Assembly: GCF_030028105.1 (NCBI RefSeq)
Contig: NC_092395.1
Coordinates: 45,517,346-45,581,345 of the forward strand
DNA length: 64,000 nucleotides
DNA from: Mobula birostris
Taxonomy: Eukaryota
Direction: 5' to 3'
How positions within the stretch are numbered: position 1 is the stretch's first letter; each line of letters starts with the position of its first letter. Below are positions 50,501 to 61,199 of the stretch, piece by piece. Made by a program: the position numbers and the translations under genes. The notes under the pieces are model-generated. The model worked only from the letters and a program-made list of their open reading frames with translations. It was not told where the DNA came from and did not search any database.

Positions 50501-52573
50501 ACTGAATTTTCCTAACTAACCTCTTATGCGGGACCTTGTCAAAGCCCTTACTGAAGTCCATGTAGACAACATCCACTGCCCTCCCTTCATCCACTTTCCT
50601 GGTAACCTCCTCGAAAAATTCCAACAGATTGGTCAAACATGACCTACCACACACAAAGCCATGTTGACTCTTCCTAATAAGTCCCTGTCTATCCAAATGC
50701 TTGTAGATTCTGTCTCTTAGTACTCCCTCCAATAACTTACCCACTACCGATGTCAAACTTACCAGCCTATAATTTCCTGGATTACTTTTCGATTCTTTTT
50801 TAAATAACGGAACAATATGAGCCATTCTCCAATCCTCCAGCACCTCACCCATAGACAGCGACATTTTAAATATTTCTGCCAGGGCCCCGGCAATTTCAAC
50901 ACTAGTCTCCTTCAAGGTCCGAGGGAATACCCTGTCAGGTCCTGGGGATTTATCCACTTTAATTTACCTCAAGATAGCAAGCACCTCCTCCTTTTCAATC
51001 TGTACAGTTTCCATGATCTCACTACTTGTTTCTCTTAATTCCATAGACTTCATGTCAGTTTCCTTAGTAAATACAGACGCAAAAAACCGATTTCAGATCT
51101 CCCCCATTTCTTTTGGTTCCGCACATCGCCAACCATTCTGATCTTCAAGAGGACCAATTATAACCCTTACAGTCCTTTTACTCTTAATGTACCTGTAAAA
51201 GCTCTTTGGATTATCCTTCACTTTCACTACGAAGGCAACTTCATGTCTTCTTTTAGCCCTCCTGATTTCCTTCTTAAGTATTTTCTTGCACTTTTTATAC
51301 TCCTCAAGCACCTTATTTACTCCCTGTTTCCTATACATGTCATACAACTCTCTCTTCTTCTTTATCAGAGTTGCAATATCCCTTGAACCAAGGTTCCTTA
51401 TTCCTATTCACTTTGCCTTTAATATTGACAGGAACATACAAGCTCTACACTCTCAAAATTTCTCCTTTGCAGCCTTCCCACTTACCGATCATATCCTTGC
51501 CAGAGAACAACCTGTCCCAATCCACGCTTTTAGATCCTTTATCATTTCTTCAAATTTGGCCTTCTTCCAGTTTAGAACCTCAACCCTAGGACCAGATCTA
51601 TCTTTATCCATGATCAAGTTGAAACTAATGGTGTTATGATCACTGGAACTAAAGAGCTCCCCTACACAGACTTCCGTCACTTGTCCTAACTCCTTTCCTA
51701 ATAGGAGATCCAATATTGCATCCCCTCTAGTTGGTACCTCTATATATTGATTTAGAAAACTTTCCTGAACACATTTTACAAACTCTAACCCATCTAGACC
51801 CCTAACAGTATGGGAGTCCCAATCAATATGTGGATAATTAAAATCCCCTACCACCACAACTTTATGTTTCCTGCAGTTGCCTGCTATCTCTCTGCAGATT
51901 TGCTCCTCCAATTCTCACTGACTATTGGGTGGTCTATAATACAAGCTCACTAATGTGGCCATACCTTTCCTGTTTCTCAGCTCCACCCATAAGGACTCAG
52001 TAGACAAGCCCTCTAATCTGCCCTGCCTGAGTAAAGTAGAAATAAAAAGAGGAACTGCCATTGCCAAAACCAACTTCCAAAATATGAAACCTATTTTTAC
52101 CAACAGACACATTTCTATGAAAACAAGGCACAGGCTACTAAAATGTTACATCTGGTCAATCTTGCTGTATGCTTCCGAAACATGGACTATAACACCAGAA
52201 CTCCAAAGAAACTTAAAAGCAACAGAAATGTGGTTTCTTAGAAGAATGCTAAAAATATCATATAGACATAAGGTAACTAATGAGGCAGTACTCCAACATG
52301 CCCATACAAAAAGATCTCTAATGAGAACATTAAGTGAGAGGAAACTTAAATTCCTGGGCCATGTTATCAGAAAGGGAGAAATAGAATGCCTCACATTACA
52401 AGGCCGTACGCCTGGGAAACGTGGAAGAGGAAGGCAAAGAAGAAAATATATGGACACTGTGAAAGAACTAACAGATCTAAGTGTGCGAGATATCATTGAC
52501 ACTGCAAGGGATCGTTCAATGGCGAGAGCCATGATCACCCAAGGGTGTAATGCGCAAGGCACAGGAAGAAGAA
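47505..52573 (+). mobile_element. RTE-clade LINE (5'-truncated EN-RT ORF) with a nested CR1
   Basis: 10-bp TSD gtgcagttat (47495-47504 / 52574-52583); MGDFN, NQID, KATGPDEI, NYRTISLMSH, GTRNAIF, FIDFTKA, VRQGCVASP.LFN, RYADN; C-terminus LLYASETW...GRGRQR; (GAA)n tail. Confidence 0.93.
49383..52029 (-). mobile_element. Young CR1 LINE (5'-truncated ORF2) inserted in the RTE
   Basis: 465-aa ORF 49560-50957 with full RT motifs; EN VVGDFNYP...SDHN; agta duplicated at 49379-49382 / 52030-52033. Confidence 0.95.
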
Positions 52574-52648
52574 GTGCAGTTATTGCCAATATATCTGAAC
52601 TTGCTTACATTTTGAGCCTGTCCATTTTAAGCAGTACAAGCAAAGATA

Positions 52649-52806
52649 CGCAACGCACACAAAATGCTGGAGGAACACAACAGGCCAGGCAGCATCCCTG
52701 GAAAAGAGTACAGTCTTTTCCATAGATGCTGCCTGGCCTGCTGAGTTCCTCTAGCTTTTTAACTGTATGGCTTGGATTCCCCGCATCTGCAGATTTTCTC
52801 TTGTGT
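52649..52806. mobile_element. Penelope-derived foldback element with centre deleted
   Basis: 15-bp TSD gtacaagcaaagata (52634-52648 / 52807-52821); inverted arms caggccaggcagcatc / gatgctgcctggcctg. Confidence 0.82.
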
Positions 52807-52978
52807 GTACAAGCAAAGATATTCTTTTTCTGGAATATTGGAGAGCTATCAGAGCACATGTGGAAATACTGACATTAGTACCAATAATATTAATTTAATC
52901 AAACAGTTACTGAACAACATACACAAGTACTTCAACATTGCAATAATAATCAAGAAAAAATTATATCAGAGGACTTAC

Positions 52979-53035
52979 CTCCCAGCGTCTGTTGTCTAAA
53001 TGCATCAAGATGAAGTCCTGAGGATGTATTTTATA
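52979..53035 (-). promoter_or_regulatory. Candidate TATA box (53035-53029) and short non-coding exon 1 of the cathepsin gene (donor after 52979)
   Basis: Minus strand reads TATAAAA, then about 50 nt, then a consensus donor GAG|GTAAGT. The ATG exon begins with an acceptor, so an upstream non-coding exon is required. A CCAAT lies near 53195 on the minus strand. Confidence 0.6.
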
Positions 53036-53244
53036 CTGTAAATGTTTGCAGCGTCCTTCCCTCACCACAATGTTGTTGTCGTTCATCTTATTGACAACTG
53101 AAGCATTCAGAATGCTGGCAAGTAAATCCAGATGTATGCTGGGGAAGAGTCTATTTTTTTCAATTAGCTCCTTCCCCTGTCAGATGGACTGATTGGCAAC
53201 ATTTGTAGCAGCTTGGCTTTGTTGTAGACACATCCCAAAGCAGA

Positions 53245-56200
53245 AGTATTCTAAAGGGAGGAGGAGACAACGGTGGCTGACAAGAGAAGTCAAAGGTAGC
53301 GGAAAATCAAGAGAGGACATGCGATATAGCAAAAATTAGTGGGCAGCTTGAGGACTGGGAAGCTTTTAAGAACCAACAGAAGACAACTAAAATGCAATAA
53401 GGAAAGAAAAGTTGAAATATGAAGGCAAGCTGGCCAATACTACAAAAGGGGGTACCAAAGAATATAGATATAAACAATAAAAGAGCGTAGATATATAACA
53501 GCTGGAAAATGATGCTGGAGGGGTAGAAATAACAGACAAACTCAGTAAGTATTTTGTGTCAGTTTTCCACATGGAAGCCAGCAGCAGTAAGCCTTAAACT
53601 CCAGAGTGAGACTCAAGCGTCAGCAGGAAGAAGCATAGCTGCTATTACTAAGGAAAGGTGCTTCAGAAGCTGAAAGGTCTGAAGGTAGATATGTCACCTG
53701 GACCAGATGGACTACACTCCGGGTTCTGAAAGAGGTAGCTGAAGAGATTGTGAAGGCATTAGTAGTGATCTGTCAGGAATCATTAGAATTTGGAATGGTT
53801 ACAGAGGACTGAAGGATTACAAATGTCACCCCACTCTTTAAGAAGTGGGGGGGGGGGGCAGGCAAAAGGCAAGAATTAATAGGCCAGTTAGCCTGATTTC
53901 AGTGGTTGGGAAAATGTCAGAGCCCTTTGTTAAGGATGAGGTTTCAGGGTGCTTGAAGGCACATGATAAAATAGACCAACGTCAGCATTGTTTCCTTAAG
54001 AGAAAATCTCACCTGACAGATCTGTTGGACTTGCTCTGAGGAAACTGCAGGCAGGATAGTCAAAGGAGAGTGAGTGGACATTGTTTTGGGTTCTTAGAAG
54101 ACCTTTGACAAACTGTCACATATGAGGCAGTTTTACAAGATAAGAACCCATGGGATTACAGGAAAGATACTAGCATGGATAGCAGATTGGTTGACTGTCA
54201 GAAAGCAAAGAGTGGGAATAAAATAGGCCTTTTCTGTTTGGCTGCTGGTGACTCGTGGTGCTCTGCAGGAGTTAATTTGGATGATGGAATTGACAGTTTT
54301 GTGACCAAGTTTGAGGATGACAAGAAGATAGATGGAGGGGGCACGTAGAGTTGAGGAAACAGAGGGTCTGCAGAAGGACTATGGCAGATTAGTTGAATGG
54401 GCAAAGAAGTGACAAGTGGAATATTGTATAGGGAAAAGCATGGTCATGTACTTTGGTGGAAAGAATAATACCTAGACTAAACTGGGTGAAATTCAGAAAT
54501 CATTGTTGCAAGCAAACTTGGGAATTCTCATGCAGGATTCCTTGAAGGTTAACATGCAGGTTGAACAACAATAAGGAAGGCAAATGCAATGTTAACACTG
54601 ATTTTGAGAGCTTTACAATATAAAAGCAAGATTGTAATGCTGAGGCTTTATAAAGCATTGTTCAGACCACACTTGGACTATTGTGAGAAATTCTGGGCCC
54701 CTGATCGAGGAAAGGATGTGCTGGCAATGGAGAGGGTCCAGAGTTGGTTCCCAAGAATAGTCTTGGGAATGAAAGTATGTGGAGCGTCTTATAGTTCAGG
54801 GCCAGTATTCTTTAAAACCATATGACCATAAGATATAGGAGCAGAATCAGGCCATTTAGCCCATCAAATCTGTTCTGCCATTTCATCATGGCTGATCCAT
54901 TTCTCTCTCAGTCCCAATTTCTTGCCTTCTCCCAATATCCCTTCATGCCCTGACTCATCAAGAAACTATCAAGCTCTGCCTTAAATATATCCAATGACGA
55001 GGCCTTCACTGCCACCTGTGGCAAAGAATTCCACAGATTCACCACTCACTAGCTGAAGAAATACCTCCTTATCTCTGTCCTAAATGTATGTCCCTCAATT
55101 GTGAAACTGTGTCCTCTAGTCTTAGACTCCGCCATAGGAAACATCCTCCCCCAAATCTACTCTGTTGATGCCTTTCAACATTCAATAGGTTTCAATGAAA
55201 TCCCCCTCAGTCTTCTGAATTCCAGTAAATACAGGCCCAGAGCCATTAAACATTCCTTATATAAGTCTTTCAATCCTGGAATCATATTTGTGAATCTCCG
55301 CTCAACTCACTCCAGTTTCAGCAGATCCTTTCTTAGAAAGGGAGTCCAAAACTGTTCACAATATTCCAAATAAGGCCTCACCAGTGACTTAAAGACCCTT
55401 AACTTTATATCCTTGCTTTTATATTCTAGTCCTCTCCAAATGAATGCTTACATTAACCATATAACCATATAACAATTACAGCACGGAAACAGACCATCTC
55501 GGCCCTTCTAGTCCGTGCCGCACTCCTACTCTCACAACATTGCATTTGCCTTCCTCACCACCAACTCAACCTGCAAATTAACCTTTAGAGAATCCTGCAC
55601 AAGGACTCCCATGTCCCTTTGCACCTCAGTTTTACGTATTTTCTTTCCATTTAGAAAATAGTCAACCCTTTCATTTCTTCTACCAGAGTGCATGACCATA
55701 CACTTCCCAACACTGTATTCCATCTGCCATTTATTTGCCCATTCTCCTAATCTAAGTCCTTCTGTAGCCTCTCTACTTCCTCAAAACTATCCGCTCCTCC
55801 ACCTATCTTCATATCATCTGCAAACTTTGCAACAAAGCCATCAATTCCATCACCCAAATCATTGAGATATAATGTAAAAAGAATTGGTCCCAACACAGAC
55901 CCATGTGGAAGACCACTAGTCACCAGCAGCCAGCCGGAAAAGACTCCCTTTATTCCCACTCTTTGCCTCCTCCTAATCAACCATTGCTCTATCCATATTA
56001 GTATCCTTCCTGCAATACCAAGGGCTATTAACTTGTTAAGCAGCCTCATGTGTGACACCTTATTAAAAGCCTTCTGAAAACCCAAGTACACAATATCCAC
56101 CGATTCTCCTTTGTCTATCCTGCTTGTTATTTCTCCAATAGGTTTGTCAGACAAGATGTTCCCTTAAGGAAACTATGCTGGCTTTGGCCTATTTTATCAT

Positions 56201-56690
56201 GTGCCTCCAAGTATCCCTAAACCATGTCCTTAACAATTGAATCTAACGTCTTCCCAACCACTGAGGTCATACTGAATGGCCTGTAATTTCCTTTCTTCTG
56301 TCTCTTTCTCTCCTTTAAGAGTGGAATTTAGAAGAATGAGGAGGGTCTTATAGAAACCTATCAAATATTGAAAGCCTTAGATAGAGTGGATGTGGAAAGG
56401 ATGTTGCTTATAATGGGGGAGTCTAGGACCAGAGAGTACAGCCTCAGAATGAAGTGCCATCCATTTAGTACAGAGATGAGGAGGAATTTCTTTAGCCAAA
56501 AGGTGGTGAATCTGTGGAATTCATTGCCACAGATGGCTTTGGAGGCCAAGTCATTGGGTTTATTCTTGATTAGCAAGGGTGGCAGAGTTTATGGGGAGGA
56601 GGCTGGAGAAGGGATAATAAATCAGCCACGATTGAATGGTGGAGTAAACACAATGGGCTGAATGGCCTAATTCTTCTCCTATGTCTTACA
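53245..56690 (+). mobile_element. Degraded CR1 interrupted by an opposite-strand CR1 (~54820-56320), which carries a short CR1 tail insert (~55455-55535)
   Basis: Plus-strand LRLYKALFRPHLDYC resumes at 56320 (gaatttagaagaatgag); minus-strand FQKAFNKVSHMRLLNK...KFADD; small insert flanked by acatt. Confidence 0.85.
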
Positions 56691-56739
56691 AACTTGAGTC
56701 CAAACTAGGGTCCAAGTAGACAGAGTGAGAGAAAGGGAT

Positions 56740-57160
56740 GGAGACACAACAGATTGCAGATGCTGGGATCTGGAGCAACACACCAGACGCTGCCGGACCT
56801 CAATGGGTCAGGCAGCATCCGTGGAGAGAAATAGACAGTCGATGCTTCAGGTCAAGACCAATCATTTGGACTGAAAGACGGAGGAGAGAAAGCCAGTATG
56901 AAAAGGTGGAGGGAAGGGTTCGTACAGCAACTGGCAAGTGATGTGTGGATTCAGGTGAGGAGGGGTGATGGGCAGATGGGGGAAATGGCGATGGAGGCTG
57001 GCACATGATAGGTGGATGGAACAAAGGGCTGAAGATATTGGAATCAGACAGGAGAGGACGTTGGGGCATGAAATCAAGTGGGGATGGGAAGGGCAGATGG
57101 GAACAGTGGAGGAAGGGAACCAGTGGGAGGAAAAAAAGAGATGTTCAGAGAGGTTGGATT
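56740..57160 (-). mobile_element. Older Penelope-like terminal region with decayed hammerhead (56836-56873)
   Basis: Left-arm sequence tgcagatgctgg...caggcagcatc followed by a purine-rich tract. The minus strand reads cagtc-CAAATGA-ttggtcttgacct-GAAG-c-ATC-gactg (mutated core). Confidence 0.6.
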
Positions 57161-57299
57161 CAGGCTTTGGTTTCAGTGTATGGATTAGTGCAAGTTATAT
57201 GAAACATATCCGGATGTTTGACCGATGACCACCAATTAAGGTGAGATTATTGTTTTGCAGGGACTTACAACCTCTGTGGTACATTACTAACATTGCATT

Positions 57300-57720
57300 G
57301 TTAGACATAGACATAGATATACTTTATTGGTCCCGAGGGAAACTGAGTTTCGTTACAGCTGCACCAACCAAGAATAGAGCATAAATATAGAAATACAAAA
57401 ACCACAAACAATCAAACAACAATATGCAAATTATGCCAGATGGAAATAAGTCCAGGACCAGCCTATTGGCTCAGGGTGTCTGACCCTCCACGGGAGGAGC
57501 TGCAAAGTTCGATGGCCACAGGCAGGAATGACTTCCTATGACGTCCAGTGATGTATTTCGGTGGAATATGGCCGGAGTCCAACAGCAAAAAGTTCAATAT
57601 CCGGGCTACAAACACATTCCTCGATCGTCATATGACCAGGATTGCACCTTCTGTTGTTAACCAGAACAGCAAGCCCCCAACTCCTTTACACTTACCGCTC
57701 TCAGTGCACTTCCGGTCCGC
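57300..57720 (-). mobile_element. Rex1/Babar-type LINE 3' fragment with (GACATA)n tail
   Basis: Shares aaattatgccag..aaataagtccaggaccagcctattggctcagggtgtctgaccctcca with 21005-21215. Confidence 0.85.
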
Positions 57721-57862
57721 CCATAGTTATCAATGCAATGTTGGTAATGTACCACAAGGTTCTGCTGAAGTCAAAATTCTTGTGGCCAGAGAAGGCCAAT
57801 CAGCCCATTGAGTCTGTGCTTGTTCTGAGCTACAGTATTTCCTTATTCCCAGTGCCCTTCAT

Positions 57863-58393
57863 ATTTCTCAGCAACCTATACTACCCTACTTGCCCCTCCA
57901 ACTCCTGCTACCCTTCTTATTTCTCAGCAACCTATACTACCCTACCTGCCCCTCCAACTCCTGCTACCCTTCTTATTTCTCAGCAACCTATACTACCCTA
58001 CCTGCCCCTCCAACTCCTGCTACCCTTCTTATTTCTCAGCAACCTATACTACCCTACCTGCCCCTCCAACTCCTGCTACCCTTCTTATTTCTCAGCAACC
58101 CATACTACCCTACCTGCCCCTCCAACTCCTGCTACCCTTCTTATTTCTCAGCAACCTATACTACCCTACCTGCCCCTCCAACTCCTGCTACCCTTCTTAT
58201 TCTCAGCAACCCATACTACCCTACCTGCCCCTCCAACTCCTGCTACATACTACCCTACCTGCCCCTCCAACTCCTGCTACCCTTCTTATTTCTCAGCAAC
58301 CCATACTACCCTACCTGCCCCTCCGACTCCTGCTACCCTTCTTATTTCTCAGCAACCCATACTATCCTACCTGCCCCTCCAACTCCTGCTACC
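57863..58393. repeat. 56-bp minisatellite, about 9.5 copies
   Basis: Unit atttctcagcaacctatactaccctacctgcccctccaactcctgctacccttctt starting at 57863, 57919, 57975, 58031, 58087, 58143 and onward, with one truncated unit near 58245. Confidence 0.97.
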
Positions 58394-59799
58394 CATCTAC
58401 AATCAGGGTAACTGAAAGTGGCCAGTTAACCAACCAGCCTGCACTCTTTAGGCTGCAGGAGGACACTGGAACAGGGAAAGCAGAAACTCCCCACACACAG
58501 CATCAGAGCTCAGTATTAACCCTGAGCTGCTGGAGCTGTGAGAGAGCAGCTCTGTCATTTGCACTGCTTCGTCACCCACAACTGCCACGTTTAACATCAT
58601 ATCAGCAGCTACGCAGACCTTAGTGAACTTTTTTTCACTGCATTAGTGGGCGGAGAAACAAATCAGTAGTTACATTAGAAGGTCCGTAACCTTTAATGTG
58701 AGGTTAAATTAATACTCTGATAGGATCCACATGGAGGCTATGGGCCAAAAGCTCTCCTTTGGCAAAATATATTTTTAAAACCCACTCTGGAACTTGATTT
58801 CTGTGAATTAATAGTACATAATTTTAAAAATATATATCATTTCTGTAATTTCGAAACCAGTGAATTGTTGGAAGAAAATCTCCTCTGGTCCACTAGAGGT
58901 CCCTCTGAGAGAAGATGCTGCTGTTAGCCGAGTCCAGACTGACCAACATGGTTGTCCTTGACTAGCATCTGAATGGCCCAGTAGCTCCAAAGGTGGCTTG
59001 GCCTCAGAAGTACATTCAGGAACAGCGGAACTAGTGATGTCCACATCCCAAAGAACTTTGAGGGGCAATGCTGCTTGCAGACCATTGGACTGATTGTTCT
59101 GTTGATGCTGCCTTTATCCGGTGAGAGCTGCCTTTACATAAGGTTAATTACCCTGATGTGATTGGCTCTATTGTGAACAGACCTCGCCACTGGGTGTTCA
59201 CAGTGCTACTTGCTCATGGCTCCTTCTTGTTAAAACAGGGTGCTCTGACATTAGTAAGACTTTGGGTGGAAGCCTAAGCCAGAATTGGTCTCTCTCAGAA
59301 TGGTGAGGTCACATGCTCTAGCCAAACAAACGGCCAACTGTGGAGACTGATCACTGATTCATCACTCTGGCTCCAGCTGACCTCACGTTGGACCTTGGAG
59401 CCAACGGAATTGTTGGAACGTTTGACATCACTGGCTCCTTCATCTTGGAGCTACATCTGGCAACATACATAATGCGGCAACGACAGAGGGTTCCAAAGGG
59501 AAAAGATTCATCCCAAGGACTTAGAAAAATAGAGGGCTATGAATAAGTCTAGTAATTTCTAAGGCAGGGACATGTTCGGCACAACTTTGTGGGCGAAGGG
59601 CCTCTACTGTGCTGTAGGTTTTCTATGTTTCTATGACTATTGCCGTTAACACACAGAAAATTCAAAAAGGCAATGAAAACAACAATGCCAACACCTTGAA
59701 CACTTCTGTTGAGTATGTTTTGTGATAAAGATATTGATAGAGGAAGAAAGACAAGACTGGACCAGAGTATCTATAGTAATTTTACTTTACCCATTAATC

Positions 59800-59805
59800 T
59801 TTATT
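59800..59805 (-). terminator. Candidate polyadenylation signal (AATAAA) of the second cathepsin paralog
   Basis: tttatt on + (AATAAA on -) about 375 nt downstream of the stop, in AT-rich non-repeat sequence. Confidence 0.5.
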
Positions 59806-60179
59806 TATCCTTAGCTGCATAAACAGGACTCACAGATTGACAAGCAATAATATTTGTTAGATTATTGCAGTTCAACTTATAATAGCCTTAGTATCATAGT
59901 AAAATAAGTTTAGTGTGATTTTGCTACAATGAGCATAAAATTTTCAAATACAACTACGAAAGCACAAGCAGTAACTCTTACATTGATTCTAACAACTATT
60001 AGTAATCTTTCCAAAAGGGAAGTTTCTATGCAATTTGTTATACCCTGCTGCAGCTGTAAATGACCATGTAAATGTAAATGGCAAGGCAAGATTATGTGGT
60101 TAACAATGAAACAATGGATCAACAGCTTCAGGTAAGTGGAATCTAGTTCACGTTGTGGTGTGCCATCCAGTTCCAACCG

Positions 60180-60279
60180 TCACACCTCAGGATAAACAGC
60201 GTCCGTTGCAATTCCACAGTTGTTATCCATATTCCTGGACATGTGGACATAACCATCCATGCCCCAACTCGTTCCCCAA
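60180..60279 (-). CDS. Terminal coding exon of a second, tandem cathepsin L-like paralog (remainder beyond the window end)
   Basis: ttccatttag|(S)[32 protein letters not shown]. Same size and phase as exon G; 23/32 aa and 78/100 nt identical by manual comparison. Confidence 0.92.
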
Positions 60280-61199
60280 CTAAATGGAACAGAAACTTTT
60301 GCATTAATTTCCTGGCTAAACAAATCTTTATGCATTTTTAAAATCAGTTACTTTTGCTTCAGATGAGAGGCAGGGAGAGGTGGGGGCAAATGAGAGGTGA
60401 AGAGATTAGCTGCTGTGGAAATGGAATGAGTTAAGGTAATACCGAGACAGACTTTATTTATTTAGAGATTACAGCACCATATTTTTAAGCAAGCTATAAT
60501 TGTAATTGGGCACAATTACACCCATGTGAGCCATTGACCTTCTAACCTGTTTGTCTTTGGAATGTGGGAGGAAACCAGAGCATCTAGAGGAAGGCCACGT
60601 GGTCTTGGGGAGAATGTACAATTCAAACTCCTTACAGACTGCAGCGGAGTAGAATCAGGGTCACTGGCACTGTAACACCATTACAGCTACCCCTGCTGGA
60701 GTTCAGGCTGGGGAAGCAGTTCACAGCCCTCCCTTCTCAAAGACCCTATGATTCCCATTAGAGGACAAGCTGAGTGCCTTTTACAGGGTCTCGGTCTACA
60801 ATCAGGAGAAAATGGGAGAAGAGATTGATCAACATATTCCCATCAATTTCACCGAAGCAACTCTAGCTTCTGGCGCCTTCTGTCCCACCCTGACAACAAG
60901 TATTGCAGTGTAGTCATTGTGCAGTAAGGAGTCATGTTCAGATCATCAGGGGATGGCGATGGCCCCTTGTCCTGGTTCCACCATTCAAAAAGGCCATGGC
61001 TGGACTTAGACTTCAGTACCTCTTTCCTCCACAAATGCTATGTGCCTAGACTCAGTCTGGACTAGGTATCTCTTTACCACCAACATACTGCTCCACTTCA
61101 CACAAGGACTGGCTCCAGATGGTGCAAGTACTCAACAATATCTTGCTGACCCTACCTTCAGGAAAGAACCCAAAACAGTAGACAGGATGTAGGATATAA

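Noticed and set aside
56836-56873. Second active hammerhead ribozyme
   Set aside because: The core is mutated (CAAATGA instead of CTGATGA; GAAG instead of GAAA).
57863-58393. Possible CRISPR-like array
   Set aside because: Head-to-tail tandem units with no unique spacers; eukaryotic context and no cas genes.
57642-58415. 257-aa and 173-aa ORFs with repeated Pro/Cys/Tyr-rich motifs
   Set aside because: Simply translations of the 56-bp minisatellite cycling through frames; no splice or homology support.
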